Assembly (NCBI GenBank): GCA_964625335.1
Contig: CAZVBE010000011.1
Location: 692-64,691, forward strand
DNA length: 64,000 nucleotides
Origin: an uncultured Clostridium sp.
Lineage (GTDB): Bacteria; Bacillota; Clostridia; Ch29
Direction: 5' to 3'
Of this stretch, positions 29,901 to 38,312 are shown piece by piece. The notes under the pieces are model-generated. The model saw only the letters and a program-made list of their open reading frames with translations, had not been told where the DNA came from and did not search any database. A program made the position numbers and the translations under genes. How positions within the stretch are numbered: position 1 is the first letter of the stretch; each line of letters starts with the position of its first letter.

Positions 29901-29930
29901 CTGGTACACGCTCGACTCTCAAAAATATAA
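26925..29930 (+). CDS. hsdR: Type I restriction enzyme endonuclease/helicase subunit
   Basis: An N-terminal nuclease region precedes SF2 helicase motifs (QHSAGSGKS, IVDEAHSS, TATP). It lies 4 nt after hsdS. Confidence 0.9.
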   Translation: MTIDTKERTFEQEIEYWLTNGAKKNDRYVKGSPSAFSRELAMDTGAVIAFVKDSQPKAWVDLEKRHGADVEREFLKRLCAELDKRGMIDVLRHGIVDLGVPIRLAYFKPGSGMNKSLSDLYDKNVLQITRQVKYSTANENSIDTVIFLNGLPIITIELKNPLTGQTYKNAIDQYKNDRNPRELLLASKKRAIVHFAVDTEEVWMTTWLKKLDTVFLPFNKGYDKGAGNPPVKGDYRTSYLWKEVMRKDSLLDILHRFVQLTKDEKTGKEKLIFPRYHQLDAVREIVDDVFKNGSGKNYLIQHSAGSGKSNSIAWLAHHLANLHDANNEVVFHSIIVITDRRVLDKQLQRDIYNMEHKPGVVVRVDKNSKQLTTALEKGEKIIICTLQKFPFVDVKNVATAGKRFAIIVDEAHSSQTGKASERLKEVLADISAQGEDAIEKKLHEYAVEEAKAEAEEMDPDEEIAAEMAAHGQQDNLSFFAFTATPKQKTLEIFGTKTAAGKPEPFHLYSMRQAIEEGFIFNVLENYTTYETYFQIGKKIADDPVYGKSQANKALGKYMSLHPHNLAQKTEVIVEHFRSQVQHRIGGKAKAMLVTGSRLHAVRYFFEFQKYIKKMGYTDLGVLVAFSGTVKDNVTGEFKEYTEANLNKFPDTETVDKFATGEYQLLLVAEKYQTGFDQPLLHTMYVDKKLSGVKAVQTLSRVNRTCPGKTETFILDFVNSPEDIEKAFQDYYQGTGVAETTDPNTIYDIKNVLDSFMLYTDSEIDAFAKVFFKESKTQGNIDLAKLNSFIDPAVDRYEALTEEQDKMDFKGALSKFIRLYSFLTHIISLGDANLHKFYAYAKCLIRKLPKDGGTRTPSLDNDVTLQYYRLQRVYEGTISLVKEDGVLYGKTSGTGLPLEDEQENLSVILSKLNERLGTNFTNEDKVLEQIVEDMATIDELVLRAKNPLDLFKIIYDNTIMDVVLSRMTKNQEFCERYLEDEEFRIEIDKILLPLVHARLSKI

Positions 29931-30010
29931 AGTAATCAGGCAAGAATGCGGCGGTAACCCAACCGTCGCTATTTTTTTAGGAAATAATGTATCAATATTA
30001 TAACAGGGCA

Positions 30011-30039
30011 TTGACAAACAAATTTGATCTGAGTATAAT
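30011..30039 (+). promoter_or_regulatory. Sigma-70-like promoter of XRE/ImmA operon
   Basis: TTGACA (30011-16), a 17-nt spacer and TATAAT (30034-39). An operator-like palindrome follows at 30046-30059. Confidence 0.55.
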
Positions 30040-30086
30040 GTAACTATGTTAGCGAACATATACACAAAATGAAAGGAGAGCCTATA

Positions 30087-30464
30087 ATGAACGAAAACGA
30101 GACTGCTTTCGGTAAATTCATAGAAGAAAGACGCAAGGCTCTGGGATTAACACTTAGGGGATTTGCGGCTGAACTGGATATTGCACCCGCTTATATGAGC
30201 GATATTGAAAAAGGGCGTCGATATCCCCCTGACAAGAAACTGGATGAAATCGCCCAAATCCTGAAACTGCAGGAGGAGGAAAAAGCCCATATGCTGGATT
30301 TGGCAGCACTGACCAAAACAAAGACCGTGTCCTCCGACCTTCCTGAATACATCATGGAGAAGGACTTAGCGCGAGTTGCCCTCCGTAGGGCGAAATCGGG
30401 AAACCTTTCGGACGAGGGCTGGCGGGAGGTCATCGAGCTAATTAACAAAAAAATTGGCGAGTGA
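30087..30464 (+). CDS. XRE-family helix-turn-helix transcriptional regulator (phage repressor-like)
   Basis: The HTH_3 region is LGLTLRGFAAELDIAPAYMSDIEKGRR. An RBS AAGGAGAG precedes ATG 30087. It is paired with the downstream ImmA/IrrE gene. Confidence 0.8.
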   Translation: MNENETAFGKFIEERRKALGLTLRGFAAELDIAPAYMSDIEKGRRYPPDKKLDEIAQILKLQEEEKAHMLDLAALTKTKTVSSDLPEYIMEKDLARVALRRAKSGNLSDEGWREVIELINKKIGE

Positions 30465-31174
30465 CCGCCGACGACAATTCCATGATTGGAGGGAACAGCT
30501 TGTATCACAACTATTCACCAGAACGGCTTGAGAAAAAAGCTGAGGAGATTCTCAAAATATATAAACAGGGGGAACTTCTTGTTACACCGCAGGCGATGGA
30601 TGTAGACCACTTTGCGGAATTTCACTTGGATGCAAAGATTGACTTCGCCAACCTATCTCAGGACAAAAAGACCCTAGGATGTACATGCTTCAACGATGGA
30701 GTATTGATGGTCTGGAATGACGACCGTACAAAACAATACCCGCTTGAGGTTGAAAAGGGTTATATATTTGTTGATAAAGAGATTCTTTGTAGTGAAGTTG
30801 AGGGTAGAGTCCGCTTTACTATCATCCACGAGTGTGCCCACCTTATTCTTCATCACCGTTTTTACTACCAGAAGCCAGGAAATGTAATACCGAAAATCCT
30901 ATGCGCCGTTTATCAAATTGAAGATGGTGCACGGAGATTGCCTATGACAGATGAGGAAGTGCGTGAATGGCAGGCGAATCGGCTGGCTGCTGCATTAATT
31001 ATGCCTGCCAAGACAGTGAGGATGATGATGGCTGAACGTTTGGGAGTAGCGGTTGACGCTCTCTCCCCTGTGTACCTGTCTGATTCCTGCATCAGGGAAA
31101 TGGCCGACATATATAATGTGTCCAAGTCTGCTATGTCGATACGGCTTGAAGATTTGAACTTGTTGCTCCATTAA
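30461..31174 (+). CDS. ImmA/IrrE family metallo-endopeptidase
   Basis: It has an HEXXH motif (IIHECAHLILHH) and forms the typical XRE-ImmA pair of prophage/ICE immunity modules. Confidence 0.8.
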   Translation: MTADDNSMIGGNSLYHNYSPERLEKKAEEILKIYKQGELLVTPQAMDVDHFAEFHLDAKIDFANLSQDKKTLGCTCFNDGVLMVWNDDRTKQYPLEVEKGYIFVDKEILCSEVEGRVRFTIIHECAHLILHHRFYYQKPGNVIPKILCAVYQIEDGARRLPMTDEEVREWQANRLAAALIMPAKTVRMMMAERLGVAVDALSPVYLSDSCIREMADIYNVSKSAMSIRLEDLNLLLH

Positions 31175-31269
31175 ATTCGGAGAATTCTAAACTTAAGGAT
31201 TCTCCATATATTTTACCCCGATGTTCGCAAGTTCGCTAACATAGACACAATAAGAACGGAGGTGTTCCT

Positions 31270-31488
31270 ATGCAAACAAATACGGTAAAGCTAATGAAGC
31301 CCTTCGGACATAAGTTTCAAAAAAAGCGATTACCCTGTCCAGCTTGTGGTTTCGGTCGGCTTATTGATGCTGAGCAGAATACACATTCAGAGTTGCACGT
31401 GATGGAAAAGAATGACCCCTGGAAAGCGGACTACTACACTAAATGCTATCACTGCAAAGCAGAAGTCGGATTGAGAAAAATTGAATAA
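31270..31488 (+). CDS. Small zinc-finger protein (phage early)
   Basis: It has a CxxC...H...C...CxxC arrangement (CPACGFG, CYHCKAE) and an RBS GGAGG. Confidence 0.5.
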   Translation: MQTNTVKLMKPFGHKFQKKRLPCPACGFGRLIDAEQNTHSELHVMEKNDPWKADYYTKCYHCKAEVGLRKIE

Positions 31489-31644
31489 CCACTGAGTACC
31501 TTGTACTGAGCACGACGCAAATGCCGCTATAAGCGGCAGAGATTAAATACGACGGACGAGCCTGACAAGTAGCTGTAAAGCTATGCGTTTAGGCTCGTTC
31601 TTTGCTTTGTAGTTGCTTGTTCAGGCTCCGAAAGGAGCCAAACA

Positions 31645-32034
31645 ATGAAAATCAATTACAAAGATGCAGACGGTAAAACCATTGAGTTGGAAGTATCCGA
31701 GGAAGTCGGAACCTTCTACTTGGAATCCGTGGCAGCAGAGAAGAGCAACGACCGGCGCAATAGCCGTCCTGACCGCCACACCCAATTAAGCACTTTTACC
31801 TATGAGGACGTGCGCTTCTTTTCTGACGGTACAGACTTACTTGCTGATCTTATGAGTTCTGAAGCAGTCAGCCATGCCATGTCGCAGCTTACAGAACGTC
31901 AGCAGTACCTTATTCAAAAGTGCTGTATTGAGGGCTGGTCATACACAGACCTCTACCTTTTCCTTTCAATAAGCGGACATGTAGTGACCGCTTATAGCGG
32001 TTCATTATCCACTAAAATTAAATCAGAAGCATAA
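31645..32034 (+). CDS. Hypothetical phage protein with sigma-70 region-4-like HTH
   Basis: ERQQYLIQKCCIEGWSYTDL resembles a sigma region-4/LuxR-type HTH. An RBS AAGGAG is present. Confidence 0.45.
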   Translation: MKINYKDADGKTIELEVSEEVGTFYLESVAAEKSNDRRNSRPDRHTQLSTFTYEDVRFFSDGTDLLADLMSSEAVSHAMSQLTERQQYLIQKCCIEGWSYTDLYLFLSISGHVVTAYSGSLSTKIKSEA

Positions 32035-32140
32035 GAAGTACTTTTTCTAAAAGACAGCCGAAAGGCTCCCGTTTAAAAAAAACGGCGAGTTTTTTGGCTG
32101 ATAGTTATGCCCTTTTCTCGCTGGAGAAAGGGGCTAATTT

Positions 32141-32641
32141 ATGCCAAAGAGTGACAATCAACAGCCAAAGATTCAGCACTACATCAAAATTGACGGAAAG
32201 AAAATCTATGTTACAGAAGAAGTCTACCGAGCTTACAAACGCCCGGCCTGGGCAGAACACAAGCGCAAAGAACGTGAGAAACGCTACATTATTAGTGATG
32301 GTAAAGGCAGAACAAAACGATGCACTGAAGATTGCAGTAAGTGTGGTAAACAGCGGACAGGCAGTGCTCTATCACTAGAAAGATTTAAAGAAGAAGGCTT
32401 TGAGATAACCGACCCCGTTGATATTGCCGAGCTTATTGCGGACAAGCTGCTTCTCGAAGAGCTGTATGCAGCATTAAAAGAACTGGACCCGGAAGAACAC
32501 TCCCTTATAGATGCGCTCTTCTTCAAAAACCGCACTGAGCGGGATTATGCCGCAGACATCGGCTTGAAACGTCAAAGTGTGAATAAGCGCAAGAAAATAA
32601 TCTTAGAAAAGCTGCGTGTGATTATAGAAACAAAAAAATAA
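32141..32641 (+). CDS. Sigma-70 family (region 4)-like phage transcriptional regulator
   Basis: The C-terminal ERDYAADIGLKRQSVNKRKKIILEKLR is sigma region 4.2-like. Confidence 0.5.
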   Translation: MPKSDNQQPKIQHYIKIDGKKIYVTEEVYRAYKRPAWAEHKRKEREKRYIISDGKGRTKRCTEDCSKCGKQRTGSALSLERFKEEGFEITDPVDIAELIADKLLLEELYAALKELDPEEHSLIDALFFKNRTERDYAADIGLKRQSVNKRKKIILEKLRVIIETKK

Positions 32642-32728
32642 AACTCCTTCCTTGGTTGCCAAACCTCCCCTTGCTGTCCTGTGGATGGTGAGGGGAGAAC
32701 AATTTCCCCCAGAAACGGAGGTAGCTAT

Positions 32729-32911
32729 ATGCAAACAAAGGCAAACAACACGGATGCAGAACTGCGAGATCCCGAGTTTAATGAAGAACTCGCCGGTATT
32801 CTCGCCGCAATAAGTGTTGTGTCAAAACGTCTCGCTAAGAAGCTGCTCGTACTTCAACAGCAAGACGTATCCAAGGGGGAAGGGGAGAAACCAGATGGGC
32901 AAGATGAGTGA
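32729..32911 (+). CDS. Small hypothetical phage protein
   Basis: An RBS GGAGG lies 8 nt upstream of ATG 32729. The longer ORF from 32681 is also possible. Confidence 0.35.
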   Translation: MQTKANNTDAELRDPEFNEELAGILAAISVVSKRLAKKLLVLQQQDVSKGEGEKPDGQDE

Positions 32912-33227
32912 ATTATCCATTGTGGTAACAGAACTGCGAAATGCTGCTCAAGCACTCATAAGTGCAGCAGACTCTCTCGCTGACTTATTTACCGGCAGCG
33001 GCGGTATCCAGGAAGAAGAACAGGCTGAGAGAGCATCTTCTCCGCCGGAAGAAAAGCCGCTCACACTAGAGGCCGTCAGAGCTATTCTTGCAGAGAAGTC
33101 CCGCAACGGCCACACCGCAGAGATTAAGGCTCTCCTGGAAAAGCATGGGGCAGAAAAGCTTAGCGAGATTGATCCGGCACAGTACCCTGCTCTACTTGCG
33201 GAAGCGGAGGAATTAGGGAATGGGTAA
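32894..33227 (+). CDS. Hypothetical phage protein
   Basis: An RBS GGGGAG lies upstream of ATG 32894. The sequence is helical and Ala/Glu-rich. Confidence 0.4.
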
Positions 33228-34341
33228 TCATGCACTTCTTTCTGCTTCCTCAAGCCACCGTTGGCTTAATTGCCCGCCTTCCGCAAGGCTATGCGAGCAG
33301 TATGAGGATAGGGGCAGCAATTACGCAGCCGAAGGAGCAGATGCCCATACCTTAGGTGAGTTCAAATTAAAAGCCGCTTTAGGCATAAAAGCTAAAGACC
33401 CCACCGTTGGCCTTACTTACTACAACGAGGAAATGGAAGAATGCGCTATCGGTTATGCAGCCTATATTCTAGAACTTTTAGAAAAGGCAAAGCAGGAATG
33501 CGCCGACCCAATGATCCTTATTGAACAGCGCCTTGATTTCTCCAAATATGTCGAAGGCGGCTTTGGCACCGGCGACTGCGTCATTATCGCCGATGGGGTT
33601 CTCCACATTGTGGATTATAAACATGGCCAAGGTGTTTTAGTGGAAGCGGAAAACAATCCACAGATGAAATTATATGCCTTGGGTGCATTAGAACTGTTCG
33701 ATGGCATCTACGATATCAACACAGTTTCTATGTCCGTCTACCAGCCCCGCAGGGACAACATCAGCACCCATACTGTTTTCAAAGAAAGCCTATACCAATG
33801 GGCGGATGAGGTTTTGAAGCCTACTGCTCATCTTGCCTACGCCGGGGAAGGTGAATTCAAATGCGGCGAGTGGTGCAGATTCTGCAAAGCGAAACATGAA
33901 TGCCGAGCCAGGGCCGAGTACAATATGGCACTTGCCCGCTATGACTTTAAACTGCCGCCGCTTTTGGAAGATGGAGACGTTGAAGCCATCCTCGGTAAAA
34001 TTGATGAACTGGTATCGTGGGCCTCTGACATCAAGGACTACGCCCTGCAAGCTGCTCTCGGCGGGAAACAGTGGCTCGGCTGGAAGTTAGTCGAAGGCAG
34101 GAGCAATCGCAGGTACACCAATGAAGATACTATCGCCAAGGTAGTACATGAGGCCGGTTATGATCCTTACGAGCGCAAGATAAAAGGCATTACCGTCATG
34201 GAAAAGACTCTCGGTAAAGCCAGATTTGCCGAACTGCTCGGTGGGCTTGTGGAGAAGCCAGAGGGCAAGCCAACCCTTGTGCCGGAGAGTGATAAACGAC
34301 CGGCTATAAATACCGCAATCAATGATTTCAAAGAAATTTAA
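33220..34341 (+). CDS. DUF2800 family PD-(D/E)XK nuclease (Cas4/RecB-like, phage replication/recombination module)
   Basis: The nuclease core is GDCVIIADGVLHIVDYKHGQG. A C-terminal Cys cluster (CGEWCRFCKAKHEC) is typical of DUF2800. It is followed by DUF2815 and PolA, as in many phages. Confidence 0.65.
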   Translation: MGNHALLSASSSHRWLNCPPSARLCEQYEDRGSNYAAEGADAHTLGEFKLKAALGIKAKDPTVGLTYYNEEMEECAIGYAAYILELLEKAKQECADPMILIEQRLDFSKYVEGGFGTGDCVIIADGVLHIVDYKHGQGVLVEAENNPQMKLYALGALELFDGIYDINTVSMSVYQPRRDNISTHTVFKESLYQWADEVLKPTAHLAYAGEGEFKCGEWCRFCKAKHECRARAEYNMALARYDFKLPPLLEDGDVEAILGKIDELVSWASDIKDYALQAALGGKQWLGWKLVEGRSNRRYTNEDTIAKVVHEAGYDPYERKIKGITVMEKTLGKARFAELLGGLVEKPEGKPTLVPESDKRPAINTAINDFKEI

Positions 34342-34353
34342 GGAGGAAAAATT

Positions 34354-34923
34354 ATGTCGAAAAAAGTCAACCAGAACCCTATGAAGGTTATTACAGGTCC
34401 CAATACGCGCTGGTCTTATACAAATGTATGGGAGGCAAAATCTATTAATGGGGGCACACCTAAATTTTCGGTATCCCTTATCATCCCTAAGTCCGACACT
34501 CAAACTTTAGCTAAAATCAAAGCCGCTATTGAAGCTGCTTACCGTGAGGGCGAATCAAAGCTAAAAGGAAATGGTAAAACTGTGCCTCCTCTAACCGCTA
34601 TTAAAACACCATTACGCGATGGAGATGCCGAAAGGCCGGATGACCCAGCTTACGCCAATGCCTATTTTATTAATGCTAACTCCGCTACTGCACCGGGCAT
34701 TGTTGATGCCGATCTTCAGCCTATCCTTGAACGTTCGGAAGTTTACAGCGGAGTATACGGCAGAGCCAGTATTAACCTATATGCATTCAATAGCAATGGC
34801 AATAAGGGGATTGCTTGCGGCCTTAATAATCTGCAAAAAATTCGTGATGGTGAACCCCTTGGTGGCAAGACCAGAGCGGAGGATGATTTTGACACCGACC
34901 CCGATGAGGACTTCCTTTCCTAA
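34354..34923 (+). CDS. DUF2815 family phage protein (ssDNA-binding-like)
   Basis: The conserved gene order DUF2800-DUF2815-PolA is present. The C-terminus is acidic (DDFDTDPDEDFLS), as in SSB tails. Confidence 0.6.
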   Translation: MSKKVNQNPMKVITGPNTRWSYTNVWEAKSINGGTPKFSVSLIIPKSDTQTLAKIKAAIEAAYREGESKLKGNGKTVPPLTAIKTPLRDGDAERPDDPAYANAYFINANSATAPGIVDADLQPILERSEVYSGVYGRASINLYAFNSNGNKGIACGLNNLQKIRDGEPLGGKTRAEDDFDTDPDEDFLS

Positions 34924-34990
34924 TTTACACTTACGGGCAGCGAGGCTTATCTTCGCTGCCCTAAATCTATTACAAGGAAAGGAGCGTTTA

Positions 34991-36928
34991 ATGAAAACAT
35001 TAGAAATTGATATTGAGACCTTCAGTAGTGTAAACCTTGCCAAGTCCGGCGTTTACCGTTATGTCGAGGCTGAGGATTTTGAGGTTTTATTATTTGCTTA
35101 CTCCGTTGATGGTGGCCAGGTTCAGGTGGTTGATCTTGCTTGCGGCGAAAAGCTGCCAGATAAAATTATAAACGCTCTTACTGATTTTGACGTAACAAAA
35201 TGGGCATTTAATGCCAATTTTGAACGAATCTGCCTGTCAAGATGGCTGGGCCTGACTACAGAGTATCTGGCCCCAAAATCTTGGCGATGCACCATGGTCT
35301 GGTCAGCCTATATGGGACTTCCCTTATCGTTAGAAGGTTTAGGCGCAGTATTAGGGCTGGAGAAACAAAAGCTGATAGAGGGCAAGGATTTAATTCGTTA
35401 CTTTTGCACTCCATGCAAACCCACTACTTCTAATGGTCAAAGAAATCGAAACCTGCCAATACATGATCAAGATAAGTGGTCGGCATTTAAAGTATATAAC
35501 CGCCGGGATGTGGAAGCTGAAATCTCCATTCAGGCGAAACTAGCGAGGTTTCCTGTGCCGGAGAGCATTTGGGATGAATACCATCTCGACCAGGAAATTA
35601 ATGACCGGGGTGTGGCTTTGGATTTGGAGTTTGTAAATCGCGCTATCGAAATAGATGAACGCTCCCGCTCTGAATTGCTAGAAAAAATGAAATCACTAAC
35701 TGCTCTTGATAACCCTAATTCTGTGCAGCAGTTAAAAGATTGGCTGGCTGACAATGGCCTAGAAACAGAAACTCTCGGCAAAAAAACTGTATCGGAGCTG
35801 CTTGCGACTGCAATAGAACCCCTTGGTGAGGTACTGTCACTCCGTCAACAATTGGCAAAATCATCGGTAAAGAAATATCAAGCAATGGAAAACGCTGTTT
35901 GTTCTGATGGTCGTGCTAGGGGAATGTTTCAATTTTATGGAGCAAATCGGACGGGTAGGTTCGCAGGGAGATTAATACAATTACAAAACCTGCCCCGCAA
36001 CCAAATCCCTGATCTTGCACAGGCGCGAAGTCTGGTGCGTTCCGGCAATTTTGCAGCTTTGGAAATGCTCTATGATTCCGTGCCGGAGGTATTGTCGGAG
36101 CTTATACGCACCTCTTTTATTCCCAAGGATGGCTGCAAATTCATCGTGGCGGATTTTTCTTCAATCGAGAGAATTGTTTTAGCTTGGCTTGCAAGTGAAA
36201 AATGGGTGCTTGATGCCTACAAAGCAAAAAAGGACTTATATATAGCCACGGCAAGCCAAATGTTCCAAGTGCCTATTGAGCAGATAGATAAAAAAGATCC
36301 ATTAAGACAAAAAGGTAAAGTGGCAGATTTAGCCTGTGGTTACGGCGGCTCAGTCGGAGCCTTAAAAGCAATGGGCGCTCTGGAGATGGGTTTAACTGAA
36401 GATGAGCTTAAGCCCCTGGTTAACTCTTGGCGCTCGGCTAACTCAAACATCGTGCGCTTTTGGTGGGATGTTGACCGGGCGGCAATAAAGGCAGTTAGGG
36501 ATCGGACTACAACTGAAACACACAATAGTCGCTTTTCCTATCAGAGCGGAATGCTCTTTATAACCCTACCCTCCGGCAGACGCCTTGCCTATGTAAAGCC
36601 GCGAATTGGAATTAACCAGTTTGGTTCAGATTGCGTGACTTACGAAGGTATCGGAGGAATGAAAAAATGGGAGCGGCTACAATCCTACGGTCCTAAATTT
36701 GTAGAGAATATCGTACAAGCTCTCAGTCGTGACCTCCTCTGCCATGCCATGCAGAATCTTCGGCATTTCCCTATTGTAATGCACATCCACGATGAAATTG
36801 TTATTGAAGCCGAAAACCAAATAACTACTGAAGATATTTGTCAAATAATGAGCCAACCCCCGTCCTGGGCGAAAGGGCTTTTATTGAGAGCGGACGGTTA
36901 TGAAACCAGCTTTTATAAAAAAGACTGA
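34991..36928 (+). CDS. Family A DNA polymerase (phage-type, 3'-5' exonuclease + polymerase domains)
   Basis: The Exo I motif is LEIDIETFS at the N-terminus. Pol A motifs are DFSSIERIVLAWL, KGKVADLACGYGGS and VMHIHDEIVIE. An RBS AAGGAG lies upstream of ATG 34991. The longer track ORF from 34619 overlaps DUF2815 and is rejected. Confidence 0.85.
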   Translation: MKTLEIDIETFSSVNLAKSGVYRYVEAEDFEVLLFAYSVDGGQVQVVDLACGEKLPDKIINALTDFDVTKWAFNANFERICLSRWLGLTTEYLAPKSWRCTMVWSAYMGLPLSLEGLGAVLGLEKQKLIEGKDLIRYFCTPCKPTTSNGQRNRNLPIHDQDKWSAFKVYNRRDVEAEISIQAKLARFPVPESIWDEYHLDQEINDRGVALDLEFVNRAIEIDERSRSELLEKMKSLTALDNPNSVQQLKDWLADNGLETETLGKKTVSELLATAIEPLGEVLSLRQQLAKSSVKKYQAMENAVCSDGRARGMFQFYGANRTGRFAGRLIQLQNLPRNQIPDLAQARSLVRSGNFAALEMLYDSVPEVLSELIRTSFIPKDGCKFIVADFSSIERIVLAWLASEKWVLDAYKAKKDLYIATASQMFQVPIEQIDKKDPLRQKGKVADLACGYGGSVGALKAMGALEMGLTEDELKPLVNSWRSANSNIVRFWWDVDRAAIKAVRDRTTTETHNSRFSYQSGMLFITLPSGRRLAYVKPRIGINQFGSDCVTYEGIGGMKKWERLQSYGPKFVENIVQALSRDLLCHAMQNLRHFPIVMHIHDEIVIEAENQITTEDICQIMSQPPSWAKGLLLRADGYETSFYKKD

Positions 36929-37009
36929 TTTTTTAGTTGCCAAACCTCTTTTACTGTCCTGTGGGTAGTAAGGGCTAAAGCCCCTAATAAATAAGAGGAG
37001 GCAAGTTTT

Positions 37010-37234
37010 ATGTTTTATGTAAAAGAAAAAATCAGCCCTACGGTTGATATAACCGTGGAGCTCCACGATGACAATGTATTTTGTATTTGCCCCGGCTGCG
37101 GGTGCGAGGTGGAGATTGACCTTGCAGAATTATTTAGCGATGGCGAAAGTGACCTCTACGGGACGGCTGTTTACTGCCCAAATTGCAGTAAATCAAAATT
37201 GGGGAGATACAAAAAAGTGGGGGCTGGCCTATGA
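37010..37234 (+). CDS. Small zinc-ribbon phage protein
   Basis: It has CPGCGCE...CPNC motifs and an RBS AGGAGG. Confidence 0.45.
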   Translation: MFYVKEKISPTVDITVELHDDNVFCICPGCGCEVEIDLAELFSDGESDLYGTAVYCPNCSKSKLGRYKKVGAGL

Positions 37235-37653
37235 GTATCAATAAGAAGAATTCCGAAGGCTACTATGATCCCACTCCCTATGAAGCTCTAACAAATGTTA
37301 TTAGGGAAGAAGAAGTAAAAAAGAAGTATCTTCCCCTTGTGTATATAGCTTCTCCTTATGCTGGTGACACAGAAAGAAACACGGAACGGGCCCGGGGATA
37401 CTGCAGGCTTGCTGTTAGCAAGGGGTGTATTCCCCTAGCGCCGCACCTGCATTATCCGCAATTTATGGATGATGAGGACAAGGAGGAACGGGAATTAGGA
37501 CTTAGCTTTGCCCTTATTCTTCTCGGCAAATGTGATGAATTATGGGCATTCGATAAAATTTCTCAGGGAATGGCACAGGAAATAGCCAAGGCAAAGAAAC
37601 GCGGCATGCCTATCAGATACTTCAACTATAAGTGCGAGGAGGTTACGGGATGA
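37231..37653 (+). CDS. DUF4406 (nucleoside 2-deoxyribosyltransferase-like) phage protein
   Basis: VYIASPYAGD...LAPHLHYPQFMDD...LGKCDELWAF is characteristic of DUF4406. Confidence 0.55.
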   Translation: MSINKKNSEGYYDPTPYEALTNVIREEEVKKKYLPLVYIASPYAGDTERNTERARGYCRLAVSKGCIPLAPHLHYPQFMDDEDKEERELGLSFALILLGKCDELWAFDKISQGMAQEIAKAKKRGMPIRYFNYKCEEVTG

Positions 37654-38312
37654 CTGAACTGATTGCTATCAACTACAAAAATGAAAAACCAACAGTCAGC
37701 GGACGTGAACTCCATTTGGCGCTGGGTGTTGAAACACGATATAACGATTGGTTTATAAGAATGAGTGATTACGGCTTTATACAAGGAAAAGACTATTACT
37801 CAATTTTGAGTAATAGGTCTGATGGGCTCCCAGGAAAGCAGCGGACCGACCATCAGCTTTCTATCCCGATGGCTAAGGAAATCTGTATGCTCCAACGTTC
37901 CGAAAAAGGTAAACAGTTCCGGCAATATTTTATATCAGTTGAAGAAGCATGGAATGACCCTGATGCTGTTATAGATCGTGCTCAAGCCATCCTTCGCAGA
38001 CGTGTGGAAGATGCCGAACGACGTATTTTCGGATTACTTGAAGAAAAAGAAAGTCTTGAAATTGCCCTTAATGAATCGCTTAAGTTCTACACGGTGGCTA
38101 AATACAACAAGGTATTCAAACAAAACTGGACTATGACCGAGTGTCAACGCATTGGAAAACAGCTATCGGCATTTTGCCGGGCCCGTGCTATAGAGATACG
38201 TCCTTGCGAAACTAACGATGAGCGCTTTGGCACAGTAAATAGTTACCCCCTCACTGCTTGGGATGACTTTTTAGGCGGCAGTAAAGCAAACCGGGGTGCC
38301 AGCCATGTATGA
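37650..38312 (+). CDS. Phage antirepressor-like protein (AntA/AntB-type N-terminal domain)
   Basis: The N-terminal VSGRELHLALGVETRYNDWFIRMSDYGFIQGKDY matches the Ant N-domain pattern. A coiled-coil C-terminal region follows. Confidence 0.5.
   Translation: MTELIAINYKNEKPTVSGRELHLALGVETRYNDWFIRMSDYGFIQGKDYYSILSNRSDGLPGKQRTDHQLSIPMAKEICMLQRSEKGKQFRQYFISVEEAWNDPDAVIDRAQAILRRRVEDAERRIFGLLEEKESLEIALNESLKFYTVAKYNKVFKQNWTMTECQRIGKQLSAFCRARAIEIRPCETNDERFGTVNSYPLTAWDDFLGGSKANRGASHV

Noticed and set aside
34619-34990. An N-terminal extension of the DNA polymerase ORF (track start 34619).
   Set aside because: It overlaps the DUF2815 gene in another frame. A proper RBS and ATG at 34991 begin the conserved 3'-5' exo motif (MKTLEIDIETFS).
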